A stretch of DNA of 64,000 nucleotides from Candidatus Bathyarchaeota archaeon (GTDB taxonomy: Archaea; Thermoproteota; Bathyarchaeia; Bathyarchaeales; Bathycorpusculaceae), in NCBI GenBank assembly GCA_963767735.1, contig CAVYES010000007.1, positions 32,001 to 96,000 on the forward strand. The letters are read 5' to 3'. The stretch's first letter is position 1. Each line of letters opens with the position of its first letter. Of this stretch, positions 51,068 through 60,121 are shown piece after piece. Position numbers and translations under genes: made by a program. The notes below the pieces were generated by a model. That model was not told the origin of the DNA, ran no database searches, and saw only the letters and a program-made list of their open reading frames with translations.

Positions 51068-52094
51068 CTGCCTTGAATAAGCCCGAAATAGCCAAGGAAA
51101 AGTTTGATGAACTAGATTATCGGGGAAATATATCGATTTTTACGTCACTTCTTGGATGGGCTAAAATTAGCTAAATGAATGCTGGTAAATTTTTTCAGGT
51201 AAATTATCACGTGAACCGACTTTTAAATTAGCGTCGCTTTTCTTGATTGGGATTTGGAATTTTCTCAGAACAGTAGAGACGGTCTTGAAAGTGGCTTTCG
51301 AGTTATTGGAATCGAAGATTTTCAAAACCCGCATGGAGAAAGCTATAGAAGTGCTTGGAGTAGGAATCGAGTATCGCTTAATCCTGCAACATATCTCCTT
51401 GAACCGTTTTAGCATTTTAATTTCTATATCGTCTGCTTCATTTCTTTGAAACGCACGACTTTAGTCTTGGTTTTATCCAGAATAACCTTTCCATTCTGAA
51501 TGCTAAGGTAAGCAGCAATTGTACCGACAGTAGCCATCCCGGGAACTACCTTAAATGGTTCTGGCAACGCAGTTTTTATTCCCTCACTACCAGCATTACA
51601 ACTCAACGCAATTGCCGCATCATACTTCTCGCAAGCTTTACTTATCTTATTTCGGTCCTTTTGATTTAGCCAACATAAAGGAGAAGTAGGAAATCCGAAA
51701 ATTTTCACGCTTGCAGATACTCCTTTCTTTTCGAACAATTCCTTAATGCGATTAGCCTCTTGAGCGACACCATAGGGTTTATAAGTTAAACCACCAAGCG
51801 ATGATTTTCCGATCACTGACATGTCCTTAGAATAAGCAATGCTTTGGTTGGCACAGTAAGGGCATCCAATTATGCAAACAGACTTTTCATTTCCAACATG
51901 TTGCAGAAGATACGCGTCACTTGCAAGTTCAGAATAGCTTCCCAACAAGAATCGCCACTTTCTCCTATGAGATCACCAAGTAATTAAGATTCTTCTATTT
52001 GGGTCCCTGAACAAGCAACTATGGCTAAGACAAAGTTGATCGAGGAAACTAAATTATCGTGGAAAATATCGATTTTTACATCACTTCTCGCATG
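51068..52094. repeat. Imperfect direct repeat of about 90 bp (about 51068-51158 and about 52002-52094)
   Basis: Core AACTAGATTATCGGGGAAATATATCGATTTTTACGTCACTTCT vs AACTAAATTATCGTGGAAAATATCGATTTTTACATCACTTCT. Confidence 0.7.
51424..51948 (-). CDS. Cys-rich protein resembling the N-terminal part of MetV (MTHFR small subunit)
   Basis: IIGCPYCAN..PLC..DAAIALSC.AG. Confidence 0.55.
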   Translation of the reverse strand: MLGSYSELASDAYLLQHVGNEKSVCIIGCPYCANQSIAYSKDMSVIGKSSLGGLTYKPYGVAQEANRIKELFEKKGVSASVKIFGFPTSPLCWLNQKDRNKISKACEKYDAAIALSCNAGSEGIKTALPEPFKVVPGMATVGTIAAYLSIQNGKVILDKTKTKVVRFKEMKQTI

Positions 52095-52097
52095 TTC

Positions 52098-52405
52098 TTA
52101 AGAAGCGAATTCAGGCATTACTTTCTCGGCAAACAGCTTTAGTGCCTTTTCCTCATTTCCATAGTTCATATTCAAGATAAGATATTGCACTCCGCGTTAA
52201 CTAATTCCTGAACCTTCTCAACCATCTGCTTTGGCGTTCCGTAGATCACCATTCTCCCATACTGTGCGTCAGTTACGCCTCGTCCGCGGTCTTTCTGCAC
52301 CATCTGGACGACTTCTTTTGCATCCTCACCGATTATCAGATGACCCAGCTTAGTCTTAAGTACATCATCGTAATTTCTTCCAACCGCCTTACAGTGTCCT
52401 CTTAA
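52098..52405 (-). pseudogene. LLM-class (F420-dependent) oxidoreductase C-terminal remnant
   Basis: GHCKAVGRNYDDV..GTPKQMVEKVQEL..LFAEKVMPEF*; N-terminus absent. Confidence 0.75.
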
Positions 52406-52469
52406 CTTTTTGCGTCACCGTATAATGCATCAAAATGATGTGAATGGATTGAAATATTTGCTTGCGCCT

Positions 52470-53213
52470 TTAGCCTGTCCGCTTGAATTTGTTTAAGACA
52501 GTTTGATAAACAGCGATGCCTGCGTATAAACTGTACGAAAGTATAAGTTTGGGACGGTGAACCGCGTATTTGAGGTCGCTGACTACAAATTCGATTTGTT
52601 TCCGGGTTGTCCACACTGCATCTGGCCGAAAATGAATACAGTATGGTTCATAGACTCCCAAGACCACATAGCCCTTCTTTTCAATCCAATCTTTGATGTA
52701 TCCGTCCTCATAAGTGTGCAGCTTAAACGGTATTTTGATGTCTTCAACTGTTTTTCGTCGAATCAGCGTATCGTGAGTTCCGCCTCTTTTTTCAAATATT
52801 TTTAATGTGAGCCTCTCAAACAGCTTCAGTAATTTGCTTCCTTTCAGCACTGACCAAATTTCAATTCCCCAAATTGCACCCACATCGTCTTTTACTAGTT
52901 TTTCAGCCTCAGCAAACCAGTTTTTAGAAAGGATAACGTCGCTGTCTACAAACATGAACCAGTCACTTTTAACCAGTTGAATTGCAGTCTGCCTAGCACT
53001 GCCCCTTGTTCCTTTCTCTTGAACAAAGGTAACGTTCCCGTATTTTCCTTGAAACGCCTTAACTATGTCTGCAGTAGTGTCAGTAGAGTAGCCGTCAATG
53101 ATAATCAGGTTTTTAACTGGTACGTTATGGTAAATAGAATTAACGCATTCCCTCAACATTCGGTCGCTGTTCATCGTGAGGATTGCAACGTCTACGAACT
53201 TCATTATAATCAA
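52470..53213 (-). CDS. Glycosyltransferase family 2
   Basis: IIDGYSTDTT, FVDSD, YEDG. Confidence 0.88.
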   Translation of the reverse strand: MIIMKFVDVAILTMNSDRMLRECVNSIYHNVPVKNLIIIDGYSTDTTADIVKAFQGKYGNVTFVQEKGTRGSARQTAIQLVKSDWFMFVDSDVILSKNWFAEAEKLVKDDVGAIWGIEIWSVLKGSKLLKLFERLTLKIFEKRGGTHDTLIRRKTVEDIKIPFKLHTYEDGYIKDWIEKKGYVVLGVYEPYCIHFRPDAVWTTRKQIEFVVSDLKYAVHRPKLILSYSLYAGIAVYQTVLNKFKRTG

Positions 53214-53330
53214 CCTGTTTTAGTGTGCGGCGCGCAGTAGATACTTGGGTAGTTTTCTGGCTAATGTTATCATGCCATTAATCGAATGAAAGTCAAGCAT
53301 CATTCCCTCATCAAAAGCTGTGAGAGGATC

Positions 53331-54863
53331 TTAGTGTATTCGTTCAAAGAAATTATTTAGCGATCCGATGCCAGCGTCAAATAGTCTATTGACCGCTTGC
53401 ATGTAGATGGGATTTGTTAATTCACTAAGTAGTTGGTCGCGAACTTTTTGGGAAAAACAAAGACTTTGTTGCCAAGAAACCCAGAACAGCTCCCAGACGG
53501 CCTTTGGCATTGCCTTCAAGTTTGGATAGCCTTGCTTCTCAAGAGGCGTATTGTTTATGGGGATTGAAAGGAGCGGAAATGTCCACGCCATAGCCTTCAT
53601 GTTTCTTAACTCACTCACAAGCTCTATTGTCTTGATTATGTCATCTTCTGTCTCATCTGGGAAGCCAACTATCATCGTGTAACAAGGATACCAATGGTTT
53701 TCGTTCATTATTCTAGTAGCCTCAAGGGCTGTCTCACACCACTCTTGAGGCATCCAAGGCCTAGGCTTTCCAGACATGTACTTAGCAATTATTCTTGGAC
53801 TCCCGCTCTCTAATCCTACATCTGGAAATGTTGGATGCATAAAATCAAAGCCGGCTATGTCGGATATCTCTTTGACTAAATCCGGGTCTTGTCTAACGGT
53901 GGCAATAGAAACATGAGGAAAAGTCACTGACACTTTATACTTCTCTATTACAGCTCTGAAGAGTTTAGTGACGGCCTCGTGATTTACCCATATGCCGTTT
54001 GCATCATATAGCAGTATGTCGTCACTTCGTAAATCAATGTGTTTTGCACCATTTTTTACGTTAACTTTGACTTCCTCCAAAATTTTCTTAAGAGGCACAC
54101 TTCTGAATTCTAGCATAGTCGGCGAGCAGAACTGGCACCTTCTTGGGCACCCCCGGGTTATCTGGACTGCGCCTAATCTAGACGGATTAACAATAGCCGG
54201 AATTTCATCGACCGAAGGTGTTTCACCGTAAACGATTGAGGGCGTTTTTTCATCATTGATTATTTTGCGGGCTAGTTGGGGAAAAGTGACTTCGGCTTCG
54301 CCAAAAAACAGGGTATCTATGCCTAACGCTTTTTGGACTGGTGACAACTGCCAGACTCCTTGGCCTCCAACTATAAGCTTGAAATTGTATTCTTTCTTGA
54401 GCGCTTTGACTTCTTTCATCAGGGTTAGGAACTCGACTTTTGTGCATGAGTCTCCTCCGCCCAGCAGTGAGGCAAGCGTATAGGAGACTGGCGCCTTGCC
54501 TAAAGGGTCAACGACGCTTAAACCGACAATGCATGTGTTCTGGGTGATTGCTTTGTGCATTTTGTTTGGTGTGGTGACAATTACTTGTTTGCTTTGGAAT
54601 CCTGCACGAAGAAGGGCTGCTTCGACTTTTCTTAGCGCATATGTTGCTGTTCTGGCTCTTCCTTTGCTGTCTGTCTCAAGAGGGGCGGCTAAGATTTTTT
54701 TCAGGAACGGTTCTGGCACGAGGCGGTATGGGATGCAATGTCCAAAATCAAAGAAGGATATGCCGCTGAAATTTGTCATGAGGGCTTGGTCAGCTGTTAG
54801 CACTATGGTTTGACTGTTGCTAATTCTTTTTTCGTTTTCATTCGCACTTATTGAGAACACCAC
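53331..54863 (-). CDS. B12-binding radical SAM, GDGT ring synthase (GrsA/GrsB)-like
   Basis: IVLTAD, YALRKVEAAL, DPLG.APVS..GGG, QITRGCPRRCQFC, FPHVS, VGLESGS, YPCYTM, AWTFPL. Confidence 0.75.
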   Translation of the reverse strand: MVFSISANENEKRISNSQTIVLTADQALMTNFSGISFFDFGHCIPYRLVPEPFLKKILAAPLETDSKGRARTATYALRKVEAALLRAGFQSKQVIVTTPNKMHKAITQNTCIVGLSVVDPLGKAPVSYTLASLLGGGDSCTKVEFLTLMKEVKALKKEYNFKLIVGGQGVWQLSPVQKALGIDTLFFGEAEVTFPQLARKIINDEKTPSIVYGETPSVDEIPAIVNPSRLGAVQITRGCPRRCQFCSPTMLEFRSVPLKKILEEVKVNVKNGAKHIDLRSDDILLYDANGIWVNHEAVTKLFRAVIEKYKVSVTFPHVSIATVRQDPDLVKEISDIAGFDFMHPTFPDVGLESGSPRIIAKYMSGKPRPWMPQEWCETALEATRIMNENHWYPCYTMIVGFPDETEDDIIKTIELVSELRNMKAMAWTFPLLSIPINNTPLEKQGYPNLKAMPKAVWELFWVSWQQSLCFSQKVRDQLLSELTNPIYMQAVNRLFDAGIGSLNNFFERIH

Positions 54864-55045
54864 CTTTTAACAAGCTATAGAAGCGACTAAACGATAGACC
54901 TTGCATTCTTTGGGAAAGCGCCACATTTTTGGCTCTTTTTTATTCTGCCCATAAGTTAATATTTGCACAAAAAGTGTTCCTTTTCCATATCCTTCCTTTT
55001 CACATCTGCCTAAATTAGCCATAACATGCTTAATTTTAGGCACTG

Positions 55046-55258
55046 TTAGTCATCTCTCACTAAAACAATTATCATACATGAAGCGTTATTGATTAACTCT
55101 GGAATTACTGAAAAAACTCTCCAGCCTTCTTTCAGATAGTCGTTAACTCTATCTTGAAAGTCTATTAATTTCTCTGGCACAGTAACATAATTCTTGACTC
55201 CTTGAACTGATTTCACAGTGGTTGAAAAATTGCGCTGAATTAATTTTATCTGTTGCAT
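55046..55258 (-). CDS. Small hypothetical protein
   Basis: VNDYLKEGWRVFSV pattern; divergent from the HxlR gene. Confidence 0.55.
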   Translation of the reverse strand: MQQIKLIQRNFSTTVKSVQGVKNYVTVPEKLIDFQDRVNDYLKEGWRVFSVIPELINNASCMIIVLVRDD

Positions 55259-55302
55259 TTCTTCGCCTCACACAAAATATTTTTTTGTGCGCCCGAATTT
55301 AT

Positions 55303-55362
55303 AAAGTTACTTTACTTAGTAAACTATTTAAGCATAAGCTAACACAAAGTAAAGCAAGTAAC
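55303..55362 (+). promoter_or_regulatory. HxlR promoter/operator (TTTACT-T-AGTAAA dyad)
   Basis: Dyad next to a TATA-like element; repeated in inverted form at 55993-56053. Confidence 0.6.
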
Positions 55363-55377
55363 CAAAGAGGAAAAAAT

Positions 55378-55749
55378 ATGGTTCAAAATCATCTGAGTAA
55401 AGAACAAGTTATGAAACTGGTTGAACAGACAGTAGCAATCGTAGGCGATAAATGGAGCCTCCTTATAATTGGCCAAATTGCTTTTGTAAAAAGCCCCAGC
55501 AGATTCAACGAACTAATGAAGGAACTAAAACCTATAAGCTCAAGAACTCTGGCAATAAAACTAGCCAAATTATCAGATCACGGAATCATTGAAAAAACCA
55601 TCGAACCTGCCTCACCCCCATACACCCGGTACGCTCTAACAGAAAAAGGCAAAGACCTTCTTACTGCACTAAAAGCCATGGGCGAATGGAGTTTTAAGTG
55701 GCTCACACAAGACTCAACGCAAAATTGCAACCAAAACACAGTTAAATAA
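55378..55749 (+). CDS. HxlR-family winged-helix regulator
   Basis: IVGDKWSLLII..RFNEL..ISSRTLA..YALTEKG..EWS. Confidence 0.9.
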   Translation: MVQNHLSKEQVMKLVEQTVAIVGDKWSLLIIGQIAFVKSPSRFNELMKELKPISSRTLAIKLAKLSDHGIIEKTIEPASPPYTRYALTEKGKDLLTALKAMGEWSFKWLTQDSTQNCNQNTVK

Positions 55750-55849
55750 AAAATCGCGAATCAACTCCATCTATTCTTACAACTTCAAGAAGCGCTTAAG
55801 TTTCAAAACAACTGATGGGACCATTGCACAACCACTCGTTTTCAGCCAA

Positions 55850-56053
55850 CTCGTTTATGCTAAATAGATGATGGCCAGGAATGCAACCGACTCTGCATCG
55901 GTCCAAAAATGCAAGTTCCCTTATTATGAGAACTTCTAACTTCGACAATGGTGACGACTGTCTGGCTCAACTAAGTTCAAAAAATTTGTCCATGTTACTT
56001 GCTTTACTTTATGTTAGCATAAATTTAAATACTTTACTAAGTAAAGTTACTTT
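55850..56053 (-). pseudogene. Decayed inverted duplicate of the hxlR promoter and 5' end
   Basis: The reverse complement aligns to about 55303-55490, including the operator and the LIIRELAF/LIIGQIAF codons. Confidence 0.6.
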
Positions 56054-56098
56054 TAATCATTTTAAAAATTTAAGAGTTGGCGCAATAAGTTGGGATCC

Positions 56099-56260
56099 TT
56101 GAGAGCTGCCAAAAAAAGCGAGGTTCCTCTTGGCAAGATGATCCATGTAGAGATACACGGAAAAGAGATACAGATTACTAACGTTGAAGGCAAATTTTAT
56201 GCCCTTGGGCAACAAATGTGGTCACATGAATGCTAGACTCTCCACGCAGTCGCTAACTAA
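56099..56260 (+). pseudogene. Rieske ferredoxin N-terminal remnant
   Basis: KSEVPLGKMIHVEIHGKEI..NVEGKFYAL, then NKCGHMNARLS after a shift; second CxxH absent. Confidence 0.7.
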
Positions 56261-56321
56261 TAGGTTATTACTTTACCGGCGCATTTTAAATAATAAAATT
56301 TTCAATTAAGGTTGAAATTTT

Positions 56322-57323
56322 TTGAAAAACAAGCCACACACCTATCAGGAAACATTGAGAATAGGTCTTAGACTATATCGTGGATTCATTTTAAACTCGT
56401 TCGGAGGAAAAGCTCCGGTTTTTGGTGGACATAAGTTAACTTATAACTGTAACCTTAAGTGTAAAATGTGCCCCTTCTGGAAACGATCCAGCGAAAACTT
56501 GAGCACCCAAAAAGAAAAACAGATTTTAAGGCAAATTTACGATTCAGGTGTTTGCGCCATTGGGTTTGAAGGAGGAGAGCCACTCTTGAGAAAGGACTTG
56601 CCTGAAATTCTAGCTTATTCTCGTTCTCTGCCTCTGCATACAAGCATCGTCACCAATGGCACGCTCCTCAAATCAAGGATAGATGAAATAGCACCATACA
56701 TCAACGGCATCGTATTTGTTTCATTAGATGGTCTGGAGAAAACTCACGACCAAATAAGAGGTGTTAATGGATGTTTCAAAGCAGCGATAAAGGGCATAAC
56801 TGCAGCTAAAGACAAGGTTTCTGTGAGAATCAATATGACCATAATGGCTGATAACATCCATGACGTAGAAGATATGGTGAAATTGGCAAAGGATTTAGGT
56901 GTAAAAATAATATTGTCGGTAGCTCACAAGTACCACAACATCGATGAGTCTGCGCCTCAAGCCGATGAAATCAAAAAGATTGGAAAACAGCTTATTGAAT
57001 TAAAGAGAAAAGGCTATCCCATTATGAACTCAACTAATTATTTCAAAGTAATTGCTAAAGAAAAGAGCTGGAAATGCAAGCCTTGGTCGATTATCAATAT
57101 TGGGACAGACGGGCGGTTGGTTCTGCCTTGTTACGTTCATAATCAGTACGAGACGAGCGCTTCTGTTTTTGAGAATAGCATTAAAGCGGCTACTTCAAGT
57201 TTTGATTGGAAAGTAACGGATAACTGTGTAAAATGCAATCTTCACTGTTACGTGGAGCCTTCTCTTGTGCTTTCGTGGGATCTACGCAGCTGGATAGATT
57301 GGGCTTTCCCAGTCAGAACATGA
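56322..57323 (+). CDS. Radical SAM protein, PTO1314-like archaeal family
   Basis: GHKLTYNCNLKCKMCPFWKR, FEGGEPLLR, WKCKPW..LPCY, C..C..HC. Confidence 0.8.
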   Translation: MKNKPHTYQETLRIGLRLYRGFILNSFGGKAPVFGGHKLTYNCNLKCKMCPFWKRSSENLSTQKEKQILRQIYDSGVCAIGFEGGEPLLRKDLPEILAYSRSLPLHTSIVTNGTLLKSRIDEIAPYINGIVFVSLDGLEKTHDQIRGVNGCFKAAIKGITAAKDKVSVRINMTIMADNIHDVEDMVKLAKDLGVKIILSVAHKYHNIDESAPQADEIKKIGKQLIELKRKGYPIMNSTNYFKVIAKEKSWKCKPWSIINIGTDGRLVLPCYVHNQYETSASVFENSIKAATSSFDWKVTDNCVKCNLHCYVEPSLVLSWDLRSWIDWAFPVRT

Positions 57324-57383
57324 CATTTATAAATTTTAATTCCAGTAGCGCTTCCCACCCGATTACCTCTCCAGAGACATGAT

Positions 57384-57411
57384 GGACTACCGTCTCTTCT
57401 GGGGGTAGTCC
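57384..57411. other. GC-rich hairpin downstream of the radical SAM gene
   Basis: GGACTACC-N12-GGTAGTCC perfect 8-bp stem. Confidence 0.45.
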
Positions 57412-57509
57412 GGTCCGGCTTACTTTCCCGTAGAAATGCTTGCTGATGACTGTTGGTTCAGTGTTTTTCTAAAAAGTTGCTGATTTAAAATATGGTTCCG
57501 CCCCCTTTT

Positions 57510-57534
57510 TGGGGTCAAATCCCACCGGACCCGC
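57510..57534 (+). other. Possible tRNA 3'-end fragment (att scar)
   Basis: TGGGGTCAAATCCCACCGGACCCGC resembles a T-arm plus acceptor strand. Confidence 0.4.
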
Positions 57535-57908
57535 TCCGATTTTTGGGTTCAAATTAACTTCAACTCAACGAAATTGACTTCACGAACAAAAATCGCTCTG
57601 GGTTTTTGGTCGCCTGCACAGAGACGTCAAATCCACGTAAAACCACGTATAAACAGCGCAAAAACGAGTATAAATCACGTCTGGGAGCTTCACAAATTCA
57701 GAGGGCTCTAAGCGTTTTCCACCGCGCTTAATCGTTTCTAACCCCAATTTAAGCCCATTCGCACTTTAAAATATGAGTTTTTTGAAGATGTAGCTTCAAA
57801 TTAAACCAAATTCATATGGAAAAAACCTTTGCAGCCCCGATCTGTAAACCAAATAACCCCGCAAAAAAGGCAATGACTAAAAGCAAACAACACAGGGTTC
57901 TTTCCGAG

Positions 57909-58060
57909 AGGGGTATCCCCCCAAAATTGGTCAGAATTGACCAATGAAAAAATGTAAATTAAGACTTGAAAAAGACTAAACTGAGCCCCTTTTCAATAGG
58001 GGTATCACCCTAAATTCCTCAGAATTGAGGAATGAAGAGGTGTGAATTAAGATTTGAAGC
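57909..58060. repeat. Tandem 88-89 bp structured repeat with a covarying hairpin
   Basis: ATTGGTCA-GAAT-TGACCAAT (57926-57945) vs ATTCCTCA-GAAT-TGAGGAAT (58014-58033); each is preceded by AGGGGTATC. Confidence 0.8.
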
Positions 58061-58229
58061 AAAAGCAAAATCAATCAAACCGTAACGCATGGCTGGGAAG
58101 CAAAAATAGAGAGCAATGGTCTTTTGGTGATATCTCCCGCATGTTGAGGATTCAAACTGCCCAGTCTTCGAGGCAGTGTAGGAAAGGTTATTTAATTCTT
58201 AAAACAAAAGGTTCCACGGTGAGATAATT

Positions 58230-59024
58230 ATGGAGTGGGGTATGAAAAATAGGTTAAGCAGACTTATCCAAAAAGACGGAAAAGCTCTCTTCTTGCCCAT
58301 TGATCACGGCTATTTCCAGGGACCAACCCATTGCCTTGAGAAGCCAGGCGAAACGATTAAACCGATATATCAATATGCGGATGCCTTAATGTTAACTCGG
58401 GGAGTTCTTCGTAACTGCGTTGACCCAGCAATTGAAAAACCGGTTATTTTGCGGGTTTCAGGCGCAGTATCCGTGGTTGGAGAAGACTTAGCCAACGAGA
58501 GCATAGTTACATCCATGCAGGAAATCCTAAGACTAAACGCTTCAGCAGTATCTATCTCAGTGTTCGTCGGAAGCAAATACGAAAACAAAAGCCTAAGCAA
58601 CTTAGCCAAACTTGTTGATGAATGTGAAGACTACGGAATTCCAGTTATGGCAGTTTCAGCAGTCGGCAAAGAACTCGAAAAACGCGAAGCAAGATACTTA
58701 GCACTCGCAGCCAGAATTTCCGCTGAAATAGGCGCACGAGTAGTCAAAACCTACTATTGCGAGAACTTCCGCAAGGTCGTTGAAGGATGCCCAGTGCCAG
58801 TTGTCATCGCTGGCGGACCAAAAACCGAAACTCAAAAGCAAGTTTTCGACTTCGTTTACGACGGCCTGCAAGCCGGAGCTATAGGCGTCAATTTGGGACG
58901 AAACATTTGGCAAACCGAGTACCCAGTTGCCTCAATCAGAGCTATCCGAGCTATAATACATGAAGGCTACACTGCCCAAGAAGCCGACGACCTCTACAAT
59001 CAGGTAATTGCTGGCAAAGCCTAG
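58230..59024 (+). CDS. lsrF: LsrF-like class I aldolase/thiolase (DhnA family)
   Basis: WGMKNRLSR, DHGYFQGP, VKTYY, VIAGGPK, GRNIWQ. Confidence 0.85.
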   Translation: MEWGMKNRLSRLIQKDGKALFLPIDHGYFQGPTHCLEKPGETIKPIYQYADALMLTRGVLRNCVDPAIEKPVILRVSGAVSVVGEDLANESIVTSMQEILRLNASAVSISVFVGSKYENKSLSNLAKLVDECEDYGIPVMAVSAVGKELEKREARYLALAARISAEIGARVVKTYYCENFRKVVEGCPVPVVIAGGPKTETQKQVFDFVYDGLQAGAIGVNLGRNIWQTEYPVASIRAIRAIIHEGYTAQEADDLYNQVIAGKA

Positions 59025-59052
59025 CAAGCAGCTTTATTTTTTGGTGATTTTG

Positions 59053-60081
59053 TTGCTGACCGCCGTCTACTACAACAACCATGACGTCCGCATCCAAGAA
59101 ATGCCTGTACCCCAAATCGGCGAAGACGAAGCATTATTGAAGGTTATGGCAAGCGGCATATGCGGCAGCGACGTTATCGAATGGTACCGAGTTCCTAAGG
59201 CGCCGCTGGTGCTTGGTCATGAGGCTACAGGCGTCATCGATAAAGTCGGCAGCAAAGTTAAAAGCCTCAAAGTCGGCGACAGAGTCTTTGTTTCACATCA
59301 CGTCCCCTGCAACCAGTGCCGTTACTGCAAAAGAGGCTACCATACAGCCTGCCACACCCTGCACACGACAAATTATTACCCAGGCGGCTTCTCGCAGTAC
59401 ATCCGTGTTCCAACAATAAACATTGACTTCGGCATCTATAAGCTGCCAGATGACATGTCTTTTGAAGAAGGCACCTTCATTGAGCCGTTGGCATGTGTTT
59501 CGCGCGGTCAACGCCTATCTAACCTGCAAAAAGACGACAGGGTACTGATTATCGGCAGCGGTATAGCAGGAATCTTGCATACGCAACTTGCCAAATTCAA
59601 AGGCTTACAAAACATCATTGTTGCAGACATTAACCCGTATAGGCTGGAGCTTGCCAAAAAATTCGGCGCAACCCAAGCCCTAAACGCCAAAGACAACCTT
59701 CCCGCTAAACTCAAAGAAGTGAACGATGGAAGATTAGCTGACCAAGTTGTCGTCTGCACGGGAGCAACTTCTGCCTCCATGTCAGCGTTGGACTGCGTGG
59801 ACAATGGGGGGACTATCCTGTTCTTCGCCGTTCCAGACCCAACCGTGAAGCTGCCAGTGCCGATTAATCAGTTCTGGAGAAACGAAATAACCATGCAGAC
59901 AAGCTACGGCGCAGCACCAAACGATTTGGAAGATTCACTGCGTTTTTTGGCGACGAAGCGGTTAGATGTTAAGGACATGATTACTCATAGGCTTAGTTTA
60001 AGCGAGGCGCAAGAAGGTTTCAGGTTGATGGCTGAGGCTGGGCAATCGTTGAAGGTTATTTTGGAGCCTAACAGAGTTTAA
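59053..60081 (+). CDS. Zn-dependent (sugar/threonine-type) dehydrogenase
   Basis: GICGSD, GHE, CxxCxxCx7C, GSGIAG; GGTGA RBS. Confidence 0.92.
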   Translation: MLTAVYYNNHDVRIQEMPVPQIGEDEALLKVMASGICGSDVIEWYRVPKAPLVLGHEATGVIDKVGSKVKSLKVGDRVFVSHHVPCNQCRYCKRGYHTACHTLHTTNYYPGGFSQYIRVPTINIDFGIYKLPDDMSFEEGTFIEPLACVSRGQRLSNLQKDDRVLIIGSGIAGILHTQLAKFKGLQNIIVADINPYRLELAKKFGATQALNAKDNLPAKLKEVNDGRLADQVVVCTGATSASMSALDCVDNGGTILFFAVPDPTVKLPVPINQFWRNEITMQTSYGAAPNDLEDSLRFLATKRLDVKDMITHRLSLSEAQEGFRLMAEAGQSLKVILEPNRV

Positions 60082-60121
60082 GTTTGTAAGAGATAAAAAG
60101 CAAAACAACATACACTCTATT

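Noticed and set aside
57324-58229. CRISPR array or replication origin
   Set aside because: Only two long repeat units, with no spacers or cas genes; no convincing ORB series and no cdc6 nearby
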